Source: Candidatus Woesearchaeota archaeon (GTDB lineage: Archaea > Nanobdellota > Nanobdellia > Pacearchaeales > GW2011-AR1). Taken from it: a stretch of DNA of 64,000 bases. The stretch spans positions 101,047-165,046 of the forward strand of contig CAZEYD010000001.1 in NCBI GenBank assembly GCA_964516745.1, written 5' to 3'. This document shows, in pieces, positions 36,843 through 45,500 of this stretch. The notes beneath the pieces are model-generated. The model made no database searches. It saw nothing but the letters and a program-made list of their open reading frames with translations, and was not told the DNA's origin. Position 1 is the stretch's first letter. Each line of letters opens with the position of its first letter. A program made the translations under genes and the position numbers.

Positions 36843-39800
36843 TCATCGTCCCTTGTCGTATAATAATTTCACTTCAGTATCCGACAACGCTCTATTGTAA
36901 ATTTTAGTACTAGCAATATTTCCAACAACCAAATAAGTTGAACCATCGTTACTAGCTCCAATTCTTGTAGGAGATGAAGCAATGACATAAGCAGGCAAAT
37001 TATATTGTTTGTTAAATTCCCCATTAACAAATACCCTAACTACACTCCCATCATACGAAGCAACAAGATGCCACCATTCATTCAACGTTCCAGTAATTCC
37101 AGTATCACCGGCAGTCCAACCCAGTCCTGCATTGGCTCCAATCGTTGCAACAAGAGTATTAGCAGCAGACATCCCAATCCAAAATTCACTATTTCCAACA
37201 CTAGTATCCGTAGGATTTTTATGCAAAGTACACCTATAAGTTCCAGCTCCACCAGTCATTCTAAACCAAGAGGAAACTGTTAATCCATCTGGATTAGAAG
37301 GTAGAAAATCATCATTAATTTTTATATAGTCATTAACAAAACTCGCACCATCCTCCCCAATCGTCGCACCATAATTCTGCCCATCATTACTATACGGAGT
37401 CCTATCCGCCACAACCTCAGAACCAACAGTTTCAGTCTTAACATCATCAAGAGTCAACGGCATATCTAAAACCAAACCCTTTGTCAAAGAAGACGCAGCA
37501 GCCTTAGGCTCATACGCATCATAAATAGATTCTATCTCGTCAGAAGAAAGAGCATAGTTATAGATACGGAAATCGTCAATTGAGCCACTGAACCATCTTG
37601 CAGAATCTGTTGAAAAACCTCTACCAATATTAATGTTTGAAAAGGTTGAAGGCCAAGATGTATGAGATGCATTTAATTTATTATCACCATCGATATAAGC
37701 ATATAAACGATTATTTGTTTTATCTCCCACAATACTAATATGATACCATGTATCTTCTGCCAAATCTGTAACTATTGTTTCCCCTCTCCAAGTGCTATCT
37801 AAGGAAACGCCTACATTTAGCTGACCTCCTGTGTATTGCTCAATTCTAACTCCAGCATTTGAAGAACCAGAAACTGGGAACTCTGTATGCAATATGTTTC
37901 TATAATTAGAAACACTAGTCGAATAAAACCACAATCCTATTGTAAAATCTTCAATATTATCAATATTAACAATATCAATATAATCTCCCCCATCAAAACT
38001 CATCGCACCTTCACTCTTTCCCATCCTATCCGTCGCCAACGTCGCCCCATAAATAATACCATTATTTCCATTTGTAGTTTTATCAATCATATCATTTAAT
38101 TCAGACACAGAATCTTCTCTAATAAAAACATACATTATCCCATCATCATATGCATCATTTGGAGATAACAATGTCTCTGTCATTAAACTTCCACCACCAT
38201 TAGTTCCAAGTGTACCCCTTATAGCATTTTCTTGACAACTACCTGTAGTACTTGGAAATGATACTTCGTTATACCAATTCCCCCCGTCCCCCCAACAACC
38301 AATTCCACCAGCCTGATTACATGACCCAACAGATACTTTATTATACCAAATTCTAAATGGATCATTACCATTACCATTTGTTTGAAATATTAAATTTGAT
38401 CCATACCAATTAGACGCATCTGCATTATTTGTATAACTTCTTGTCCAGCTAGGATTAGCATTGTTTATAGTTCTAGTTGTCTGACTTTTTAAGGTTCCAG
38501 TATTTGTACCTAAAAACGCTGCCGCCATTCTTTTAACTTGTCCAGAAGTATATCTGTAATCTATTAAAATCTCATCCCAATTTGTTACATCATAATATGT
38601 AGGAGATAAATAATCATCATTGTTCGATAAAGAACCTTGCTCTGTAGAAGCTGTCCAAAAAGATGTGCCCCATTGTTGTGTTGTCGCATCATTAGTGTTT
38701 AATCTTAATGCCATCGTCCACCCACCACCATCCGTCGTCATATCACAATAAACCTGATACGAATCCTCACCACCAGGACCATCAGGATCAATTGTATAAA
38801 CTCCATCACCATAAGAATCACCACTATCAAGAATAGCCTTACACGACCACGACCAATCTGGCTTAACACTATCCCCACTCATATCCCAATGCCCAACCAA
38901 CCCCTTACCCGACTTTATCGTCAACTTGGGATTATACGAATCATACAACTTCCCAATCTCACTTTCAGATAACGCACGATTATAGATACGAACATCGTCG
39001 ATTAAGCCGTTGAAATATACATCACTCCCATGTCCTCCAGTTGCTATCTTAGGGCTAACGGAACTCACTAGGTATGCTTGACCTGTAGATTTAGTCTCTT
39101 CCCACTCACCATCAAGATATCTTTTCAAACTAGTTGTATCAAATGTCCCAACAACATGATGCCACTCACCATCTTCAATATCCGTCCCAGTATATGCATC
39201 CCAATAACCACTATTATCACCTTTTCTTGCTGAAAATGCAGGAACTCCTTGTCTAATTCTCATAGCTATCCCAGCTGAGCCCACCCCAGTCCCAAGAGTG
39301 ACAACACCACCTTCCGAAGTAGTTCCATCAGTTTTTATCCACATAGAAAGAGTCATAGCATTCTCATTATTCAAATCCGTTGCATCACTCCCTAAATCAA
39401 TATAATCATCTCCTCCATCAAAATCCATCGCACCCTCGCTCTTCCCCATTCTATCAGTCGTAAAAGTCGCACCAAGAACCGTCCCATCATTTTCATTCGG
39501 AGTTTTATCCTTTTGTATAGTAGACTTTCTTACCCACATTGTCAAATGCATCCCAGTCACACTATTTGTTCCATGTTGCGATTCTCCACCAAATTGACCA
39601 TGGTAGTTCGGATTAAAGTCATTATGCGTAGCTGCATTAGAAGAAGTAAAGGTAGCCCTATCTACATCATTATTCTCATTGTCATTATGCCAAATACGGA
39701 GATAACTTTGTTCAAAATAACCACCACTAGCAACACCAACCGAGTATGTTGCAGGATATTGGGCATAATACCAATAGTCTACTTGGCCACCTCCAGGGTC

Positions 39801-40475
39801 TGCATTACCAAGCATGTCTCGTATATTATTATGACTTCCTGTATTTACGATTAGCTGGTCTTCCCTAGGAGCGGTTGATTTAAACATCATCTCTACAAAA
39901 GGAACCATATCGTAAGCTTTACTTTTTCCCGTTCCAGATGGTGAGGTAAGAGCGGTCGTATACCCTTCCTGCCACCAACCATCCCACCGAGAGTGATATG
40001 TTGTATCCCTATTATCTGCAGCATGCACTAAAGTCCAACCACCACCATCCGTCGTCATATCACAATAAACATCAAATGAATCCTCACCACCAGAACCATC
40101 AGGATCAATAGTATAAACACCATCCCCCGTAGAATCTCCATAATCAAGAATAGTTTTACAAGATCTATCTGCTTCAACACCATACCCATCCAACTCCCAA
40201 TGACCAACCAAGCCCTTCGACAATGAATCCCCACTAGTCAAAACCGTCACAGCCAACACAGTCCCGACCGCCAAAATCATCACGACCGCCAAAATTAAAA
40301 GAAACATTCTCCTGTTTACCCGTTTACCTGCAATCTGTTTTTCTGTAATACGTCTTCCATCTTTATGGTTCCCCGTTTTCCTGTTCTTCTGTCCCCCCGA
40401 CAAACCGACAAACCGCCTCGTAGAGGTTCTCGCACCTCCTTGGTAACCAGCCGACAATCCGATTTTCTTAACCAT
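36843..40475 (-). CDS. Secreted lectin-domain protein, 1210 aa as drawn: (basic leader?) - TM/signal - fibrinogen-like - LamG - fibrinogen-like - LamG - LamG
   Basis: The ATG at 40475 overlaps the HEPN stop (ATGGTTAA). The paralog-like hydrophobic signal starts only at M57 (ATG 40307, MFLLILAVVMILAVGTVLAVTVLTSGDSLSKGL), so the true start is uncertain. It has two YCDMTTDGGGWT cores. LamG ends IDDVRIYNRALSESEIGKLYDS, IDDFRIYNYALSSDEIESIYDAY and IASTKIYNRALSDTEVKLLYDKGR*. Confidence 0.85.
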   Translation of the reverse strand: MVKKIGLSAGYQGGARTSTRRFVGLSGGQKNRKTGNHKDGRRITEKQIAGKRVNRRMFLLILAVVMILAVGTVLAVTVLTSGDSLSKGLVGHWELDGYGVEADRSCKTILDYGDSTGDGVYTIDPDGSGGEDSFDVYCDMTTDGGGWTLVHAADNRDTTYHSRWDGWWQEGYTTALTSPSGTGKSKAYDMVPFVEMMFKSTAPREDQLIVNTGSHNNIRDMLGNADPGGGQVDYWYYAQYPATYSVGVASGGYFEQSYLRIWHNDNENNDVDRATFTSSNAATHNDFNPNYHGQFGGESQHGTNSVTGMHLTMWVRKSTIQKDKTPNENDGTVLGATFTTDRMGKSEGAMDFDGGDDYIDLGSDATDLNNENAMTLSMWIKTDGTTSEGGVVTLGTGVGSAGIAMRIRQGVPAFSARKGDNSGYWDAYTGTDIEDGEWHHVVGTFDTTSLKRYLDGEWEETKSTGQAYLVSSVSPKIATGGHGSDVYFNGLIDDVRIYNRALSESEIGKLYDSYNPKLTIKSGKGLVGHWDMSGDSVKPDWSWSCKAILDSGDSYGDGVYTIDPDGPGGEDSYQVYCDMTTDGGGWTMALRLNTNDATTQQWGTSFWTASTEQGSLSNNDDYLSPTYYDVTNWDEILIDYRYTSGQVKRMAAAFLGTNTGTLKSQTTRTINNANPSWTRSYTNNADASNWYGSNLIFQTNGNGNDPFRIWYNKVSVGSCNQAGGIGCWGDGGNWYNEVSFPSTTGSCQENAIRGTLGTNGGGSLMTETLLSPNDAYDDGIMYVFIREDSVSELNDMIDKTTNGNNGIIYGATLATDRMGKSEGAMSFDGGDYIDIVNIDNIEDFTIGLWFYSTSVSNYRNILHTEFPVSGSSNAGVRIEQYTGGQLNVGVSLDSTWRGETIVTDLAEDTWYHISIVGDKTNNRLYAYIDGDNKLNASHTSWPSTFSNINIGRGFSTDSARWFSGSIDDFRIYNYALSSDEIESIYDAYEPKAAASSLTKGLVLDMPLTLDDVKTETVGSEVVADRTPYSNDGQNYGATIGEDGASFVNDYIKINDDFLPSNPDGLTVSSWFRMTGGAGTYRCTLHKNPTDTSVGNSEFWIGMSAANTLVATIGANAGLGWTAGDTGITGTLNEWWHLVASYDGSVVRVFVNGEFNKQYNLPAYVIASSPTRIGASNDGSTYLVVGNIASTKIYNRALSDTEVKLLYDKGR
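38110..38860 (-). other. Fibrinogen-like YCDxxxxGGGW domain region (copy 3 of 4)
   Basis: WSCKAILDSGDSYGDGVYTIDPDGPGGEDSYQVYCDMTTDGGGWTMAL. It occupies the slot that holds a CBM-like or other beta-domain in the two paralogs. Confidence 0.55.
39525..40175 (-). other. Fibrinogen-like YCDxxxxGGGW domain region (copy 4 of 4)
   Basis: RSCKTILDYGDSTGDGVYTIDPDGSGGEDSFDVYCDMTTDGGGWTLVHAADN...NSVTGMHLTMWVR. It is collinear with 23965-24625 in a tail-fibre-type gene. Confidence 0.65.
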
Positions 40476-40941
40476 TCAAAACCACCTCTACTTTTTCAAC
40501 AATTTCCTTAGATTTAATAACCAAAATATCAAGTAACTCCTTGTTAACTTCTGTTTCAATTCCATATTGAAATTCCTCTCTCAAAGATTTAGCATTTTTA
40601 TTTGTCATCTGCTCAGTAGTTCTAATAAAAGCAACATCATCCAAATCCAAATCAATATCTTTAATTTCAATCAAATATTCAATGACGCTAATTGTACATT
40701 CATGATTCTTAGATTCATAACCTCTATCAAACAAAATAGCTAATAAAGAATGATACATTGCATAATACAATTGAGAAACAGCCCAATCTTCAAACCCTGA
40801 TCTAATACTAAGATCAGCCGCTTTCAAATTATGTTTCGCTTTCTTAATATGTCCCTCAGCAACACCCCTATCAGAACTAATCTTTTTCATTCTCTTTTCA
40901 TTTTTTAAACACCAATCCAATTTCGACTTATAATCTCGCAT
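40468..40941 (-). CDS. HEPN-domain protein (pair B)
   Basis: 157 aa, helical. AEGHIKKAKHNLKAADL start, GYESKNHECTISVI His helix, SLREEFQYG (R-x4-Y). It overlaps the NTase by 14 nt and the downstream giant ORF by 8 nt. Confidence 0.7.
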   Translation of the reverse strand: MRDYKSKLDWCLKNEKRMKKISSDRGVAEGHIKKAKHNLKAADLSIRSGFEDWAVSQLYYAMYHSLLAILFDRGYESKNHECTISVIEYLIEIKDIDLDLDDVAFIRTTEQMTNKNAKSLREEFQYGIETEVNKELLDILVIKSKEIVEKVEVVLNG

Positions 40942-41503
40942 CCTTTAACACCTCCACAAAAATATCTTCACCTTTCAGAACAACACCTGTCTTAATTATA
41001 TCCAGAATAGATTTCCTTTTTAATTTGATTTCTTTTATCAAATCGTTTTTCGTTAAAATCAAAGGAACAACCGGCCTAGATCTAACTTTTGAAATATCCA
41101 AACACAATTTAGAAACTTCTCTTAAATTACAACCAGAGAACAACACATCCACATCATTAAACTTATTTTTTTTCAAAACAGAACCAAAAAGAACAATCAA
41201 ATCACAATTAAAATTATCTAAATCATTAGCATAAACACCAGAAAAACCTTTTAAATTTCGCCGACCCTCAATTAAAATTAATTCTATAACTTTAACTAAT
41301 TCTAAATTATCAAAATTAATTCTATAATATATCGCATTTCCCATCCTCTCAGGCAAAACCCATTTCTTCTTTTCCAAATCTTTCAAAATCTTAAAAGCAC
41401 TTCCAACACTAATCTCAAGCTCTTTCGAAATTTGATTTATATTTTTCAATTCGAAATACCTTAAAAGATAATTCAATATTTTGTTTGTATTTTTTGTCAC
41501 CAT
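40928..41503 (-). CDS. wHTH + minimal nucleotidyltransferase protein (pair B)
   Basis: wHTH-like NINQISKELEISVGSAFKILKDLEKKKWV. NTase signature LFGSVLKKNKFNDVDVLFSG. Confidence 0.75.
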   Translation of the reverse strand: MVTKNTNKILNYLLRYFELKNINQISKELEISVGSAFKILKDLEKKKWVLPERMGNAIYYRINFDNLELVKVIELILIEGRRNLKGFSGVYANDLDNFNCDLIVLFGSVLKKNKFNDVDVLFSGCNLREVSKLCLDISKVRSRPVVPLILTKNDLIKEIKLKRKSILDIIKTGVVLKGEDIFVEVLKDARL

Positions 41504-41522
41504 TTTCAGTTAAAATGAATAA

Positions 41523-41648
41523 TCATTCACTATTTATGAATGTTTCTCTTTTATTTACAATATCAAATATCAAATACTTCCCATCACCAAAATGCTTTGA
41601 TAATTTAGATAAAAAACCAGCATCTATAAAAACTAAAGTCTTATCCAT
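41523..41648 (-). pseudogene. 41-aa ORF resembling the N-terminus of an NYN/LabA-like domain protein (probable truncated remnant)
   Basis: Hand translation: MDKTLVFIDAGFLSKLSKHFGDGKYLIFDIVNKRETFINSE*. GGAGGT SD lies 4-5 nt upstream. The V-F-I-D-(A/G)-x-(F/Y/N)-L start is NYN-like, but the ORF stops after 41 aa. Confidence 0.3.
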
Positions 41649-41671
41649 AAATACCTCCAACAATTCTATCT

Positions 41672-42550
41672 TTATATTTTTTTATTTTCATCATTTTTTC
41701 TCCTACTAACTTTTTTATTTTTTCTCTTCGTCCCATTTGTTAAACCCAAAACACCCTTACTAGAAACAACCTTCTTCCCAGATTTTTTCTCCAAATCTTT
41801 TCTAGCATCTCCAGCAACACTTCCACCTAACTTAGCAGCAACTAAATTTTTATCAAACCCTTTAACATCTTTATTTCTCACAATTTCAGTAGTAGAAGCT
41901 TCCCCCAGCATCCCGAAAATCAACTCCAAATCTGTCATATGGTCTCTCAAGTTTTGATTCTTGAATTTCGGTTCCAAACCCTTAATCCCCTTATGCTCAT
42001 CAATAGAAACTCCAAACGTCGCCTTCGCAATCTCATTCGTTAAAATAGCATATTCCTTCCCCTCTTTTACCCCCCTATCATCCCACTCCTGAGTCAAATC
42101 CTGCCTAATAGCAATTCCTCTTAATCTCTTTTCAATCCAACTCTTAGGATAACCTTTTTTCTCATAATACAACCTAGCTCTATCCTGAGCCAACTCCGGA
42201 TTCTCAATCTCATCAATCCTCTCACTCCCAACCTTCGCCAACCAAATTTTAAATGGTTCTGCTCTCTTTGAAGGAATCGATTGAATAATTCTGAAAAGGC
42301 CCTCTTTGTTTGCACAATCTGTTAGATACATTTTGCCATCAGAAGACTTCATTTTCAGTTGTATCCAAATTGGGGACAACTGAAGTTGCTCAAACTCTCG
42401 AACTTTGACTTTCCCCCAATATTGTCTTGGAGTTGGACTATTTGTTAAAGAAAACACTACATCAACAATGGAAAACCACCAATCCGCACCATGCCAGACT
42501 CGTCTAATTTTCTTATCTTCAAACACAATCATCTTTTCTCCTACCATCAT
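41672..42550 (-). CDS. Bro-N domain / DinD-like protein, copy 2
   Basis: MIVFEDKKIRRVWHGADWWFSIVDVV..., KRAEPFKIWLAKVGSERIDEIENPELAQDR, NLRDHMTDLELIFGMLGEASTTEI. Its ATG overlaps the stop of the 2072-aa gene by 4 nt. Confidence 0.8.
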   Translation of the reverse strand: MMVGEKMIVFEDKKIRRVWHGADWWFSIVDVVFSLTNSPTPRQYWGKVKVREFEQLQLSPIWIQLKMKSSDGKMYLTDCANKEGLFRIIQSIPSKRAEPFKIWLAKVGSERIDEIENPELAQDRARLYYEKKGYPKSWIEKRLRGIAIRQDLTQEWDDRGVKEGKEYAILTNEIAKATFGVSIDEHKGIKGLEPKFKNQNLRDHMTDLELIFGMLGEASTTEIVRNKDVKGFDKNLVAAKLGGSVAGDARKDLEKKSGKKVVSSKGVLGLTNGTKRKNKKVSRRKNDENKKI

Positions 42551-45500
42551 AATCCTATCCTCACCCCCTCATCATCATCAATAACACTCGAAGTTGTCAC
42601 ACTATTGGTACTATTAAACTTCGCCAAATAATTCGTAGTACCAGAAATACCACTACTCACCCCAGCACCAACAGCGTCATCAACATACGTTTTAACCGCC
42701 TTCTCCGTAGGAACAGCCAAATCAGAATTACCAGCTAAGTTAGTATCAGTTGAAAATTCATTAATCGCAGCACCAGTCATAAAAGTCATACTCCCATTAT
42801 TATTAATTCTCATTTTTTCAACTCCTTCAAAGAAAAATCCTAAATCCGCATCGTTACTACCTCTCCTAACAGCAGCAATATGAGTATCAGCATCACCAAC
42901 TCTGAACTGTAGAGTAGCCATCGTACCAATAGTACCATTAACATTTTCAACTCTTAAACCATCTGACCCCCAATCCCCCCCACCACCACCAGAAAAGACA
43001 ATATCTGGATTAGAGAAACGATTATCTAATTGATAGTATGGGCTTGTTATCCCAATACCAACCCTATTATTTGCAGCATCAACAAATAAAGTTCCACTAT
43101 CAAAATTTTGATTATAAGCACCAAAAGTATTAGCTTTATTGATAAATGCAACATTTGAATAATTGCCAGTCCAGTAAGGATCAGATTCAACAGCAGCACT
43201 AGTATTCACCGCTTGCAATTGAGAATAAGTCACCGCATCATTATTTGCCGTTCCATCAGCTAAACCAGTAATCTTATTTCCACTCATTGCAAGATCTCCC
43301 GTCATTGTATCACCAACAGTATTAATATATCTATTATCAAATTCAGATTGTTTTTTCCTCTTCATACCATCCAATCTTGAAGTATCTTGAACACTAACAG
43401 GTGCAGGTGCATAAACAATATAAGATGGGTTTGCATTATCATAAAATTTTATACTAGTATTATAAGCCACCTGTGGCCCTGTTGTTCCATATCCATTTAA
43501 TGATTGATCTGAAGCAAAATGATAAATTGCACCACCAGATCCACCACCACGAAGCATAAATACATAACCTATAGAATGTGTGTATATGTAAGCATTACCA
43601 ACTGTTGGATTATATTGTTCAGTGAATTCTTCTAACCTATCATAATAAATTGCACCACCCCAACCACCAAAATTACCCTGCCAAGTCAACATTAAACCGC
43701 CACCATGAGTGGATGAATACCAATCAGCTGGATGAAGTTCGGAATAACTTCGCCAAATCTTTATCGTTCTCATTACATTCTGATTACCACCATAGATTTG
43801 AACAGGATAATATTTATCAGAATCTCCATAAACAATTAAATCAAATGTGTTTGGTAAACCAGTACTACCAACAATATTTTGCACAGTAGTTGGCAACCTT
43901 ACTATGTCTAAAGTTCCTGATGTAATATTAGCTGCATCGTGAGTATGGAGATTCGCAACAGTATCTCTAATATCAACATAATCTTTCATAGAAGTATTAG
44001 CAGCAACAATTTGCGAATCAGTCTGTGTGGTATTATAATAATTACTCTTAGCTAACGTCCAGATCGGATCAGACTCAGCAACGCTCGCTGTCGTATTCAC
44101 CGCATCCAACTGAGCCTTCGTTACAGCATCCTGAGGTAAAGAACCATTAGCTAAACCAGTAATATAATTACCACTCATTGTGATATTGCTAGTTGTATTT
44201 ATTCCAGCGAATTTAACAGAACTAGTATTCAATACATCTTGATTCATAGCATAAAGTTCATTAGCACCCTGACCAGTATTTATCGTTGTAGAAGTCAAAG
44301 CTCCGGTACTCACAGCACCCGTCGTTGTTAAAAATTGAACTCCAAGATTAATCGCCTTCGTAGCACCAGTATAAGGAACGTAATCACCAGTTACAGTACT
44401 ATTCACCGACTGCAATTGAGAATAAGTCACCGCATCATTATCAGCACTTCCATCAGCCAAACCAGTAATCTTATTTCCACTCATCGCTACATTTCCTGTC
44501 ATCGTCAAACCAGAAAAAGTTGGAGAACTACTAGTCAAAACATTTTGATCCATATCATAAAGCTCATTAGCCCCTTGACCAGTATCAAGAGTCGCACCAT
44601 AAACAGCACCAGTAAAATTCGCATCACCAACAACATTCAGAGTATTCTTAGGCGTCGCCGTTCCAATACCAACCCTCTTATTCTGTATACTATCCATTCC
44701 ATCAGATTCAGAATAAATCGTCATAATATTATCACCATCAACCTTAAACACATAACTCTCAGAAGTCCCAGCACTAGCGTCTGCAGTCACCGGCATATCA
44801 ACAAACGTAACCAAACCAGAATCAGCACTAAACTCAAAACTCCCAATATTCAACGCCGCCCCAACCTCAATCTGATTCTCCGAGTTCACCTTAAACATAT
44901 TAATTGTTCCATCACCCACAGCATTCTTCGCAGAAATCCAACCATCATTAGCAAGCTGCAAAGGAGTCGTAGGGTCAGACACACCGATACCTAATCTATT
45001 AACATTTGTTAAATTTTTACTATTCAAATCAACAGAACCAGTCGCACCAGAGTAAGGAACGTAATCGCCAGTCATAGTACCACTAATCGCTTGAAGTTGA
45101 GAATAAGTCACAGCATCTTGAGCTGCCGACCCATTTCCCAAACCAGTAATGTAATGACTTCCCATTGATAAATTTCCACTCATTGTATCACCAGTAATAT
45201 CAACATAAATATCTCCCGTTCCTCCTGTGGCCATATAACTTGCAACAAAATCATAAACCGCATCCGCAGTCGGAATCGAATTTGTATCACTATTATCAAT
45301 AGTAGAGTCATCTCCCAAATTCATAGCACCATTTCCAGTATTAATAGTGTCAACAGTCAAAGCTCCTGTAAAATTTCCATCACCAATAACATTTAGCGTT
45401 CCAACTGGTGTTGTAGTCCCTATACCAACATTACCGCCAATGTTATATAAATCTCCATAATGAGTTTCATTCCCACTTGCTGATAATGGCTTATCATTAT

